DNA from: Candidatus Shapirobacteria bacterium
Lineage (GTDB): Bacteria > Patescibacteriota > Microgenomatia > UBA12405
Reading direction: 5' to 3'
DNA: 64,000 bases
NCBI GenBank assembly: GCA_028700625.1
Contig: JAQVSI010000002.1
Coordinates: 3,276 to 67,275 of the forward strand
The translations under genes were made by a program, and so were the position numbers. How positions within the stretch are numbered: the stretch's first letter is position 1; each line of letters begins with the position of its first letter. Shown in pieces: positions 55,225 through 64,000 of this stretch. Under the pieces are notes generated by a model. That model saw only the letters and a list, made by a program, of their open reading frames with translations, made no database searches and was not told the DNA's origin.

Positions 55225-56277
55225 TCATTCTTTGGATTTATCCAAAATTTTGAGACCCTTTTCTTTAAAAAACTTTATATCCTGATCCATTACACTTTGC
55301 CAATCTTGTTTCAAATTGTGATCATTTCCTTGCCTAATATCTAAAATTATTTCCTTTCCTAATTTCTTTAATTTTTTTTGCAAATCTTGTTGCCATTCAA
55401 CCTCACACCACACATCATCTGTTCCCTGATGAATCAAAATTGGTGCTTCTATCCAATCGTAAAAGTTATCAATTGAATAAAGTTTACTGTCATATTCTTT
55501 TTCAAAATCTTCTATCTTTTGTCTTACTTTCAAACTTCCTTCACTTTGATCATCAACCATTTCTAAAACACTTTTAGGAAACGGATTTGTCATCGGTGCC
55601 CACAAAACTGTTGGATAATTTTGTCCACTAATTTCCAAAACTGAAATAGCAATTTGTCCACCATTACTATGAGCCCAAATTCCAATTTTTTCACTGTCGA
55701 CTATATCTAAATTCTTAACTGATTCAATTAAATCCAAGACTGATATTACCTTTTCAAATCTAGCTTCTAAAATATCATTTGATTCAGCATCTGATAATCC
55801 AAAACCTAAAAAATCCAAACTTATTGTTATAAAACCATTTCGAGCTAACTCATCAGCTGCTTTCCAACTACCCGATCCCACAAAGTATCCTTCTGATTCA
55901 GCAAAACCCCTAATCATAATAATCGCTGGTAATTTATTACTCATTGGAGTTATTGGCACATTCATCATCCCACTTATTTTCTTGCCATTTGATTCAAAAC
56001 TAATTGCCTTACTCTCAAAATCCACTGAATCTTTTCTAGCTTCCTCAACCACTAAAACTTTTCCTATTTTTTTAATTTCTGAAGCTATATTTTCTCTTTT
56101 TCTCAAATTTTCAAAATTATATTTAGCTAACCAACCTGTATTTTTTTCTTTTTTTATTTCTTCAATTTTATCAGTTTTAATCAATGGATTAATTATTTTT
56201 GTTTTTCTATTTTCAAAAAACCAATAGAAAAATACAACCACAATTAAAAACATTAATAAAACCCAAAAATTTTTCAT
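55225..56277 (-). CDS. alpha/beta hydrolase (dienelactone hydrolase or S9-like)
   Basis: N-terminal TM helix and the nucleophile elbow GIWAHSNGG. Confidence 0.55.
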   Translation of the reverse strand: MKNFWVLLMFLIVVVFFYWFFENRKTKIINPLIKTDKIEEIKKEKNTGWLAKYNFENLRKRENIASEIKKIGKVLVVEEARKDSVDFESKAISFESNGKKISGMMNVPITPMSNKLPAIIMIRGFAESEGYFVGSGSWKAADELARNGFITISLDFLGFGLSDAESNDILEARFEKVISVLDLIESVKNLDIVDSEKIGIWAHSNGGQIAISVLEISGQNYPTVLWAPMTNPFPKSVLEMVDDQSEGSLKVRQKIEDFEKEYDSKLYSIDNFYDWIEAPILIHQGTDDVWCEVEWQQDLQKKLKKLGKEIILDIRQGNDHNLKQDWQSVMDQDIKFFKEKGLKILDKSKE

Positions 56278-56422
56278 TTCTTAATTTTACCTAAAAATTT
56301 GACTTCTAACCATATTTGCCATAAAATCGCAGCACTAAGTTAAAAAGATTTAGAACAAAAGCGTTCTTTACTTTTTTGTTCTTTTACATATATTCACAAT
56401 AAAAAAGAAAGGAGGAAATTTT

Positions 56423-56680
56423 ATGAGATATATGGCTATTCAAATTATGGATCACGAATTCAATTTATTCTCCTCACTAGAATCAAGAAAAATTCTTAAA
56501 GAGAGAGGATTTTTTTCAATCAAATTATCAACCGATACTCATTGTATTTTAGTAAAAATAAAAGATCTTTTTAAAATAAAAAAAGCGATATCTTTCTTTT
56601 TATTAAACGACGATGGTACCGAAATTAGTAATTGTGATATTGAAAAAATCTTTAGAGAAGAAAAGATATCTTGTCAATAA
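56423..56680 (+). CDS. hypothetical protein
   Basis: 85-aa ORF with SD AAAGGAGG. Confidence 0.25.
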   Translation: MRYMAIQIMDHEFNLFSSLESRKILKERGFFSIKLSTDTHCILVKIKDLFKIKKAISFFLLNDDGTEISNCDIEKIFREEKISCQ

Positions 56681-57798
56681 TTTTAAAAGTACAAAACTTA
56701 AGTAAAAGAGGGAGATATTATATGAAACTATCACTTCACATTGCTCTGTTCTTAATCATCATATCGTTGATTGTAGGAATTTTTTCTAGTAATTTTCTAA
56801 GTGAAAAAATAACCTTTCCAAATCAAGAAACAGTCACCATAACTCCAATTCCAACACCAACCTTAATCCCAACTTTAACCCCTACTCCAGAAGTTATCGA
56901 AATTAAAATATCAGCAATTGGTGATTGCACAGTTGGATTTGACAGCAGCAAAATTGATTATGATAAATCTTATATCAATCAAAGCCCCGAAGATCTGTCC
57001 TATTATTTCAATAATGTAGTAAACATTCTTTCTAAAGACGATTTAACTATAGCCAATTGTGAAGGTGTTTTTACCAATTCAACTAATAAAAGAGTTAAAA
57101 ATGAAACCCCTTATTTCAGCTTTAAAGGTCCACCAGAATTCGCCGAAGTTTTTAAATTAGGCAGTGTTGAATATGTAAATCTCTCCAATAATCATAGTTA
57201 TGATTATTGGGAAGAAGGACTAACCGATACTAAAGAAAACTTAAATAAATATTCCGTCGGACATTTTGGAGGATGTTACGACAAGGAAGAAATTATTTAT
57301 TTTAAAAAAGATGAAATTACTATTGCCCTTCTTGGTTACAACGTCTTGTGTTTAGATTATAAAACTGAAGCCAACAAAATTATAAAAGATTTAACTTTAG
57401 CTTCGAGCCAATCAGACATTCAAATTATTTCTATTCATTGGGGAAAAGAAAGAACCAAAACTCCAAACGAAGATCAAATTTGGTTAGCTCATTATCTAAT
57501 TGATAAAGGTGTCGACTTAGTTCTTGGTACTCATCCTCATGTTATTCAGCCTATTGAAGTTTATCAAGACAAAGTCATTGTTTATTCTCTTGCTAATTTT
57601 ACCTATGGTGGACACCTCAATCCTCAACCGGAAACATTTATTTATCAACAAAACTTTAAATTTATTGATAATAAATTAATAAGCAGTGATTGGGAGATTG
57701 TTCCTTGTCTAATGTATTCAGGCAAAATCAACAATTATCAACCAACAATTGCTAATGAAACTAAAGCTAAAGAGATTTTGGATTTTTTACTTCCATAA
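56671..57798 (+). CDS. CapA-like metallophosphatase (poly-gamma-glutamate biosynthesis family)
   Basis: TM helix, a PT-rich linker, then IHWGKE...GTHPHV. Confidence 0.55.
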   Translation: MSIILKVQNLSKRGRYYMKLSLHIALFLIIISLIVGIFSSNFLSEKITFPNQETVTITPIPTPTLIPTLTPTPEVIEIKISAIGDCTVGFDSSKIDYDKSYINQSPEDLSYYFNNVVNILSKDDLTIANCEGVFTNSTNKRVKNETPYFSFKGPPEFAEVFKLGSVEYVNLSNNHSYDYWEEGLTDTKENLNKYSVGHFGGCYDKEEIIYFKKDEITIALLGYNVLCLDYKTEANKIIKDLTLASSQSDIQIISIHWGKERTKTPNEDQIWLAHYLIDKGVDLVLGTHPHVIQPIEVYQDKVIVYSLANFTYGGHLNPQPETFIYQQNFKFIDNKLISSDWEIVPCLMYSGKINNYQPTIANETKAKEILDFLLP

Positions 57799-58026
57799 GT
57801 TTTGTGTTTACCCGCCCGAGGCGTTTTTGAACTCATGTTCAACAACATCACCTCGGGCCTTTTAATAACTAATCTATTTACAAAGCAAAATCTAATTGAT
57901 ACAATAAACCCAATCTAACCGAAGACAGTAGGCATTCAAATAAGTCCCACCGAGGTCAAAACAATTTATTTGTCTTGATTAATACCCTCGCTTCTTCGGC
58001 GAGGTTTTTTTATTTATTAAACCAAT
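57799..58026 (+). promoter_or_regulatory. rplJ (L10) leader with attenuator-like hairpin
   Basis: CCTCGCTTCTTCGGCGAGG plus a T7 run at 57986-58011, preceded by an alternative pairing GCCCGAGG...CCTCGGGC. Confidence 0.4.
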
Positions 58027-58545
58027 ATGCCAAATCAAGCTAAAGTCGATCAAGTCTCCGACATTACAGCTAAATTTGAACAAGCTAAATCTTGTGCTTT
58101 GATCCAATATCAAGGTCTTAATGCTATTGACATTTCCACTCTTCGTGACAATGTCCGTGCCAATGGTGGTCGTATTGAAGTTGTCAAAAACAGCCTCATT
58201 ACTCGCGCCCTTGCCAATCTCGGCATTACTCTTCCTGAAACATTGGTTGGACCAACCGCTATTACCTTCTGTAATGAAGATGAAGTAGGTCCTCTCAAAG
58301 AAGTTGACAAAGTCAACAAAACTCAAGAATTTATCACCTTCAAATATGGTGTCTATGACAAGAAGTTACTTGGATTTGATGAGCTTAAACAATTTTTAGC
58401 TCTTCCTTCCAAATCAACTCTCATCACCCAACTTTTGGGTGGATTGGTCAATCCATTGCAACGTCTTACTTACAGTATGCGTTACAATCAAAATCAGTTA
58501 GCTCTAGCTCTAAAAGCTGTTGTTGACAAACAAGAACAAAATTAA
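58027..58545 (+). CDS. rplJ: 50S ribosomal protein L10
   Basis: 172 aa. Confidence 0.85.
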   Translation: MPNQAKVDQVSDITAKFEQAKSCALIQYQGLNAIDISTLRDNVRANGGRIEVVKNSLITRALANLGITLPETLVGPTAITFCNEDEVGPLKEVDKVNKTQEFITFKYGVYDKKLLGFDELKQFLALPSKSTLITQLLGGLVNPLQRLTYSMRYNQNQLALALKAVVDKQEQN

Positions 58546-58578
58546 TTGTTCAATTATTAAAAATTAAAAAACAAAAAT

Positions 58579-58971
58579 ATGGAATTATCCGCAAAATTGC
58601 AAAAAATATTAGATTCTATCTCTGAGCTTTCAGTTGTAGAATTATCAGAACTCGTTAAAGGTATCGAAGAAAAATTCGATGTTAAAGCTGTTGCCGTGTC
58701 ACCTGCTGCCGCTGCACCTACTGCTGGCGCTGGCGCTGCACCTGCACCTGCTGAAGAAAAATCTGAATTTGATGTTATCATCACTTCTGCTGGCGCAAAT
58801 AAAATTGCTGTCATCAAAGCTGTCCGAGAATTTAAACCAGAACTTGGTCTTAAAGAAGCCAAAGATATGGTTGATGCCTGTCCAGCTGATTTAGGTACTA
58901 TGAAAAAAGAAGCTGCTAATGATGCTAAAGCAAAATTAGAAGCCGCTGGAGCACAAGTTGAATTAAAATAA
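58579..58971 (+). CDS. rplL: 50S ribosomal protein L7/L12
   Basis: Ala/Pro-rich hinge and a C-terminal domain ending [12 protein letters not shown]. Confidence 0.9.
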   Translation: MELSAKLQKILDSISELSVVELSELVKGIEEKFDVKAVAVSPAAAAPTAGAGAAPAPAEEKSEFDVIITSAGANKIAVIKAVREFKPELGLKEAKDMVDACPADLGTMKKEAANDAKAKLEAAGAQVELK

Positions 58972-58992
58972 TTTTATTTTAACTATTAAAAA

Positions 58993-59014
58993 CCCGCCGT
59001 TTGGCGGGTTTTTT
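58993..59014. terminator. bidirectional intrinsic terminator between rplL and the manC-like gene
   Basis: CCCGCC-GTTT-GGCGGG flanked by an A5 run and a T6 run. Confidence 0.6.
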
Positions 59015-59033
59015 AGTTACTAAAAATTTTTAT

Positions 59034-60092
59034 TTATAATAATTCTTCGTTATTTCCCTCTTTTAATTTATCAACTACCTGTCCCACCTTTCCTGTTTGG
59101 TCCTTTTTAGTAATCAATAAAGCATCACCAGTATCCACCACCACTAAATCATCAACCCCAATCACTGCAATAAATTTTTTATCTTTTTTATAAATAAAGT
59201 TATTATTACTTTCAATTTCCAAAGTTTCACCATCTGTTTTATAAAAACCTCTATCACTCATATAATTAGCCACCGATTCCCAAGTTCCAAAATCCACCCA
59301 ATTAAATGGCAATTCAACCACCAAAGATTCATTATTTTTATAAACTAATTTAGTTACATCTTCTATTCCTGCTTTTGGCATTTTTGCATATTCGGTAACT
59401 ACATCACCACCATTTGCAATATTTACTAATGGCTCATACCATTCAATTTTATATTTTTGATACATTTTTAATAAATTATTTGGTGTCATCGTGGTGTGAT
59501 TGGCATGCAAAAGTAATTTACCTGTTCCTAAATACTGTTTTATTTTATCTTCTTCAGTTCTATCGATATAATCAGCTACCTCAAAAATATCAACTCCATT
59601 TTCTTCACTAACTAAATTTCCTTTAACTAAATAATCTACTCCTCTAATAATTGATTGTGGAGTAAAACCACCAGTAATATATTTATCACTTTCATTGGCC
59701 AATTTTTCCACTTCTCCAATCATAGTTAAAAAATTTTCATCTGATTCTCTTAAAACATCAGCCTGAACCAATATAAATGGTTCATCTCCAAAACCTTTTT
59801 TGATTAGCTGAGCAGCAGCAAATCCAGTTGCTGGCCCTTGATTCCTCATTTCTGGTTCGATAAAAATATTTTCCTCAATAATTTCTGAAACCATATTTTT
59901 GGCAATCTTAGCCTGAGTTTCATTTGTTTGTAAAAATATTTCCTCTGGGCTAAATCTCTTTCTCAAAGCTTCCCAGTTCAATTCAAACAATGATTTACCA
60001 TTAACCAATGGTAAAAAATGTTTTGGCATTGTGCTTCGGCTCATTGGCCACATTTTACTGCCAATTCCACCACAAATTATTACAGGTTTCAT
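59034..60092 (-). CDS. manC: mannose-1-phosphate guanylyltransferase-like nucleotidyltransferase (N-terminal domain only)
   Basis: MKPVIICGGIGSKMWP. Confidence 0.6.
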   Translation of the reverse strand: MKPVIICGGIGSKMWPMSRSTMPKHFLPLVNGKSLFELNWEALRKRFSPEEIFLQTNETQAKIAKNMVSEIIEENIFIEPEMRNQGPATGFAAAQLIKKGFGDEPFILVQADVLRESDENFLTMIGEVEKLANESDKYITGGFTPQSIIRGVDYLVKGNLVSEENGVDIFEVADYIDRTEEDKIKQYLGTGKLLLHANHTTMTPNNLLKMYQKYKIEWYEPLVNIANGGDVVTEYAKMPKAGIEDVTKLVYKNNESLVVELPFNWVDFGTWESVANYMSDRGFYKTDGETLEIESNNNFIYKKDKKFIAVIGVDDLVVVDTGDALLITKKDQTGKVGQVVDKLKEGNNEELL

Positions 60093-60108
60093 ATTATTAT
60101 TATATAAT

Positions 60109-60582
60109 ATGAAGATGACAAAAATGAAACTAATTAAAAAAACTGAAAAATGGTTACAAAAAAATCACTTATCTTTTTCTTTAAAAGATATCGAGCGTCC
60201 ATGGGGTGCTTTTTGGCACATTTCTCCAGATTCTTTAAATAATTTTTTAGATCTTTTTTTTCCTAATTTCAATCCTAACAATCAATTTATTAGTCCTAAA
60301 ATACTTCTTGTAGAACCTCACAAAAGACTTTCTCTTCAAATTCACCATAAACGTTCAGAAGAATGGTATGTTGTCGATGGACCTGTTAAGGTAGTAGCTG
60401 ATAATAATGAATTAATTTTAGAAAAAGGACAATCTATTACTCTTAAAAAAGAAGAAACTCATCGTCTTTGTGGTCTAGAAAAAGCAGGAATAGTAGCTGA
60501 AATATGGATACATAATGATCCATCAGATCCTTCAACAGAAGAGGATATTATTCGACTTGAAGATGATTTTACTAGAAATTAA
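60109..60582 (+). CDS. cupin domain protein (ManC C-terminal or PMI type II-like), encoded divergently from manC
   Basis: HHKRSEEWYVVDG...ETHRL. Confidence 0.5.
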   Translation: MKMTKMKLIKKTEKWLQKNHLSFSLKDIERPWGAFWHISPDSLNNFLDLFFPNFNPNNQFISPKILLVEPHKRLSLQIHHKRSEEWYVVDGPVKVVADNNELILEKGQSITLKKEETHRLCGLEKAGIVAEIWIHNDPSDPSTEEDIIRLEDDFTRN

Positions 60583-61568
60583 TTCCTACAAAAATTTACA
60601 ATATTTTCCACCGTTGTTTCAACAATTCTTTCAATTGCCTCTTTGGTATTAAAAGCGTTATGAGGTGTAAAAATTACATCATCCCTATCTCTAAGCATAT
60701 GAAAGCTCAACACTTCTTGCAAATTATCTTTGGTAATTTTTTTACTCATTACCACACTCATACTTTCCAATAAATTCTCTTCCTCAGTCACATCTAAAGC
60801 CGCTCCAGCCAATATTTTATTATTAAGGGCCCACACAATTGCTTCAGTTTCAATAACTGCCCCTCGCGAAGTATTAATTAGAAAACTCCCCTCTTTCATT
60901 AATTTAATATTTTTCTTATTAACCATATGAAAAGTTTCTGGAATTGCTGGCACATGAAAGGTAACAAAATCCGCTTCTTTCAAACAAATTTCCAAATCCA
61001 CTAACTTACAACTAATTTTTTTTGCTTCTTCAGCTTTTAAGACCGGATCCACTCCCAAAACTTTCATTCCAAAACCTTTAGCAATCTTAATCACATTTTG
61101 TCCTATCTTTCCAACTCCAATCACTCCTAATGTTTTTCCAAATAAATCAACTCCTGTCAGACCTTCTGGATTAAATTCCCCATCTTCCACCGATTGATGA
61201 GCCACTACTATTTTTTTTGTAATAGCCAACAACAATGCAAAAGTATATTCTGCTACCGTATTTGAACCATAAATTGGCACATTAAATATTTTTATTTTTC
61301 TTTTTTTACACTCATCAACATCTATATGGTCCATCCCTGTCGATCTTGTTACAATCATTTTTAAATTTGGCAATTTAGCCAAAATTTCTTTATCTAATTT
61401 TGAGTAAATAAAAGGAGAAATAATGTCATATTTTTCGGCCAATTCTAAATTATCTTGTACTTCGTCTTCAAAAATTCCAATTCCAAAACTATCTATTTTG
61501 ATAATTTCTTTTTCGATTATTTCCCTCTCCCAACTTTTAACTCCAAAAAATGCAATTTTATAATCCAT
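60579..61568 (-). CDS. D-isomer-specific 2-hydroxyacid dehydrogenase
   Basis: Rossmann motif GVIGVGKIGQ. The start was set at MDYKIAFFG because the longer ORF runs into repeat Y2. Confidence 0.7.
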   Translation of the reverse strand: MDYKIAFFGVKSWEREIIEKEIIKIDSFGIGIFEDEVQDNLELAEKYDIISPFIYSKLDKEILAKLPNLKMIVTRSTGMDHIDVDECKKRKIKIFNVPIYGSNTVAEYTFALLLAITKKIVVAHQSVEDGEFNPEGLTGVDLFGKTLGVIGVGKIGQNVIKIAKGFGMKVLGVDPVLKAEEAKKISCKLVDLEICLKEADFVTFHVPAIPETFHMVNKKNIKLMKEGSFLINTSRGAVIETEAIVWALNNKILAGAALDVTEEENLLESMSVVMSKKITKDNLQEVLSFHMLRDRDDVIFTPHNAFNTKEAIERIVETTVENIVNFCRN

Positions 61569-61603
61569 AAACAATTCTATCAAATCTCTCTCGGCTTCGC
61601 CGT

Positions 61604-61689
61604 TTCTCCCTTTGACTAAAGGGAGACTCAATTAAAAATTGATAAAATTTTCCCCTCCTTTCGTCAAAGGAGGGGTTGGGGTGGATTTT
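61604..61689. repeat. family Y, copy 2
   Basis: Same two hairpins and the same GGGGTGGATTTT tail. It overlaps the spurious N-terminal extension of the dehydrogenase ORF. Confidence 0.5.
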
Positions 61690-61766
61690 GATTATTGACA
61701 CATTAATATGCAATATGTTTTACTGATATTAATTAATCATTATTGTGATATAAGAGGAGCCAATCA

Positions 61767-62027
61767 ATGGACTATCAAACAGAATCGCAAGAGAAACTTG
61801 TGAAACAAAATTCTTCCACTCCAAAAAAAGTTAACGGAGTCTCTATCGACAATCTTCCCGACCTCCTAACCGTGGCCGAAGTCGCCGATCTATTACGCGT
61901 TAGTAAATTAACCATCAAAAGATGGGGTAAACGAGGTAAATTGCCAGCTATCCGAATTAATGCTCGTGGTGACCGACGTTATAGAAAAGAAGCCGTTCTT
62001 TGGTTACTTGGTATCCAAACCGAATAA
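61767..62027 (+). CDS. excisionase or MerR-family helix-turn-helix protein
   Basis: LLTVAEVADLLRVSKLTIKRW. Confidence 0.45.
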   Translation: MDYQTESQEKLVKQNSSTPKKVNGVSIDNLPDLLTVAEVADLLRVSKLTIKRWGKRGKLPAIRINARGDRRYRKEAVLWLLGIQTE

Positions 62028-62097
62028 ATCAGTATTTTCACAGCTTTAGCAAAGAATATCCTGCCCTTTTTTATTCAAGTTAATCGCCCAGCAGTTA

Positions 62098-62295
62098 TTA
62101 AATATTTTTGCTTTGTTTATTTAATTCAATCTTTTTTTTTGCCTGAACAAAATCAATTACTCTTCTTTTTTTATTGTCAATAAATTTTTGATGATTTGAT
62201 TCTTCAATACAAGTTCTTATTTTACCCCGCCTAACAATATCTTCAACGTTAATATTTTCAAAAACTATTTGCTCAAAATCATTTTTTTCACTCAT
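62098..62295 (-). CDS. hypothetical small protein
   Basis: 65-aa ORF. Confidence 0.25.
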   Translation of the reverse strand: MSEKNDFEQIVFENINVEDIVRRGKIRTCIEESNHQKFIDNKKRRVIDFVQAKKKIELNKQSKNI

Positions 62296-63275
62296 GTTAA
62301 CACTCTCCCTTTTGGTGTTCTTTTAATTAATCCTTTTTTCATTAAAAATGGTTCATAGACCTCAGTAATTGTGCCCACATCTTCGGTTAGCGCGGCCGCA
62401 ATATTTTCCACTCCCACCGGCCCTCCACTATATTGTTTTCTAATAATTTCTAAATATTTTCTATCAGCATCAGATAATCCATCTTTATCCACTCCCAACA
62501 TTTTTAAAGCCTTGTCTACATGTTCAGCTGTAATAATTGCTTGCCCATCTGTAGCTTTATGCGAAAGAGGGTTTACTTGGGCATAATCCCGTACTCGTCG
62601 CAAAAGTCGATTAGCAATTCTTGGAGTTCCTCGAGATCTTTTTGAAATCGATTCCGCCGCCTCTGATTCAATTTTAACTTTTAAAACTTCTCCCGTTCTT
62701 TCAATAATTTCTTTTAAATCATTATCATCATAAAAATCTAGTTGTTGAACGTAACCAAATCGATCTCTCATTGGCCCTGAAATTAATCCAATTCTAGTCG
62801 TTGCTCCAACTAAGGTAAATTTTTGTAAATTAAGCCTAACAGTCTTTGCTGATGGTCCTTTTCCAAGAACAATATCCAAAGCAAAATCTTCCATGGCACT
62901 GTAAAGCATTTCTTCCACTAATTTATTTAAACGATGAATTTCATCAATAAACAAAAAATCACCTTTTTTAAGACCAGTTAAAATTGAAGCCAAATCTCCT
63001 GCTCTAGTCAAAGCTGGACCAGAAGTCATTTTAATATTACTCCCCATTTCTCGAGCCATCAAACAAGCTAAAGTTGTTTTACCAAGTCCTGGTGGACCAT
63101 AAAATAAAATATGATCTAAAGCTTCGTTTCTGTTCTTAGCCGCTTCCAAAAAAATATTTAATTGTTGTTTTAATTTTTCTTGTCCAATAAATTCATTTAA
63201 TTTTTGTGGTCGCAAACTTTTCTCCACTATTTTTTCACTAACTTCGGCTTTAGGATTTAAATTTGTATCCGTCAT
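62292..63275 (-). CDS. ruvB: Holliday junction helicase RuvB
   Basis: [11 protein letters not shown], the RuvB Walker A region. Confidence 0.9.
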   Translation of the reverse strand: MTDTNLNPKAEVSEKIVEKSLRPQKLNEFIGQEKLKQQLNIFLEAAKNRNEALDHILFYGPPGLGKTTLACLMAREMGSNIKMTSGPALTRAGDLASILTGLKKGDFLFIDEIHRLNKLVEEMLYSAMEDFALDIVLGKGPSAKTVRLNLQKFTLVGATTRIGLISGPMRDRFGYVQQLDFYDDNDLKEIIERTGEVLKVKIESEAAESISKRSRGTPRIANRLLRRVRDYAQVNPLSHKATDGQAIITAEHVDKALKMLGVDKDGLSDADRKYLEIIRKQYSGGPVGVENIAAALTEDVGTITEVYEPFLMKKGLIKRTPKGRVLT

Positions 63276-63841
63276 ATTTTACTTAAACACCATTCTAATT
63301 TTTCTTCAATTGTAATTAATTCAGTTGGCAATTTTGCCACCACTTTTTCAATTTCTTTTCTTTCAAAACCAAGCTGTTTTAAACTTAAAGTCAAATCATT
63401 CTCTGTTTTTTCATCATCTTTAGTCAAATCCAATTCTCCTAATCCGCCAATTTTTGATTTCAAATCAATAATAATTCTTTGAGCTGTCTTTTTGCCAATT
63501 CCTTTAATTTTTTCAAAAAATCCAACATCTGCATTTCCAATTGCTTTAATAATTTCTTCACTATCAACTTGACCCATTATTTGGGCTCCACTTTTTGGTC
63601 CCACTCCCGACACAGAAATTAACATTTTAAATAAATTAACTTCATTAATTGTTTCAAATCCAAACAAACTAACATCATTTTCAGAAACTGATTGATAAGT
63701 ATAAATTTTAATTTTTTCTCCAACTGTTCTTTTCTTTAAAAAATTCAATCCACACCAAACCAAATAACCAACATCTTGCACTTCAATATCTACAAAATTA
63801 TTACCAATTGTTAAAATCTCTCCTTTTAAACTCGAAATCAT
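63272..63841 (-). CDS. ruvA: Holliday junction DNA-binding protein RuvA
   Basis: 189 aa with HhH motifs. Confidence 0.8.
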   Translation of the reverse strand: MISSLKGEILTIGNNFVDIEVQDVGYLVWCGLNFLKKRTVGEKIKIYTYQSVSENDVSLFGFETINEVNLFKMLISVSGVGPKSGAQIMGQVDSEEIIKAIGNADVGFFEKIKGIGKKTAQRIIIDLKSKIGGLGELDLTKDDEKTENDLTLSLKQLGFERKEIEKVVAKLPTELITIEEKLEWCLSKI

Positions 63842-63940
63842 AAACTCATTTTAACACCCTGCCCGCAATCGCTAAAGCGATAGCTTTTGCAGGCGGGTAA
63901 ACCAAACAAAACCCAAAGACTATCCAACCACCCACAAACT

Positions 63941-64000
63941 ATATCAAATCACCAAATTTTTGTTAGTAAATAAATAAGTCAAAGCCACTGCCACTGCATC
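63941..64000 (-). CDS. ruvC: RuvC-like resolvase, C-terminal fragment at the window edge
   Basis: The minus strand encodes ...DAVAVALTYLFTNKNLVI then a stop. DA.A.A resembles the RuvC C-terminus. Confidence 0.3.

Noticed and set aside
57979-58326. 115-aa and 69-aa ORFs on the minus strand
   Set aside because: They are antisense to rplJ, which is clearly the real gene.

Overview
This is a 64-kb, AT-rich (about 30% GC, estimated by eye), gene-dense window. It carries the core information-processing genes typical of a very small bacterial genome. Gene content, the Lys-rich extensions on ribosomal proteins and a manC split into separate nucleotidyltransferase and cupin genes suggest a Patescibacteria/CPR-like organism. 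That lineage call is inference only.

Recognisable genes include rpsF-ssb-rpsR, cysS, recR, ybaB, dnaX, rpsU, rseP, frr, tsf, rpsB, topA, mreB, a PBP2 transpeptidase, def and fmt, rpmB, hpf, rpmG, glyA, prs, tmk, thyX, nrdR-nrdJ with a PduO-type adenosyltransferase, secE-nusG-rplKAJL, ruvAB and a ruvC tail. There are five tRNAs (Thr, Thr, Ser, Trp, Ala).

Features that are not housekeeping:
- A complete type III hammerhead ribozyme motif at 37357-37405, just upstream of a GT2 glycosyltransferase gene.
- A 28-nt perfect palindrome (GTACGGGCGTAT-N4-ATACGCCCCTAC) present four times, three of them inserted in frame inside conserved genes (dnaX, rseP, an O-antigen-ligase-like gene). This resembles the in-frame palindromic elements of Rickettsia.
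- Two families of tandem heptamer repeats (ATCTGAG-type and TTGGAAA-type) embedded in coding sequence.
- At least three families of structured intergenic repeats that sit at gene ends and promoters.
- A four-gene cell-surface cluster (7881-12015) pairing two cohesin-like proteins, one of them LPXTG-anchored, with two dockerin-bearing proteins. One of the dockerin proteins is very large and Cys-rich; a second Cys-rich secreted paralog follows at 12061-12690.
- A 553-bp element bounded by perfect 15-bp terminal inverted repeats, next to a TraD/VirD4-like ATPase gene.
- A promoter-to-terminator module for a small RNA of about 145 nt.

No CRISPR array, no rRNA and no recognisable defence cassette were seen.
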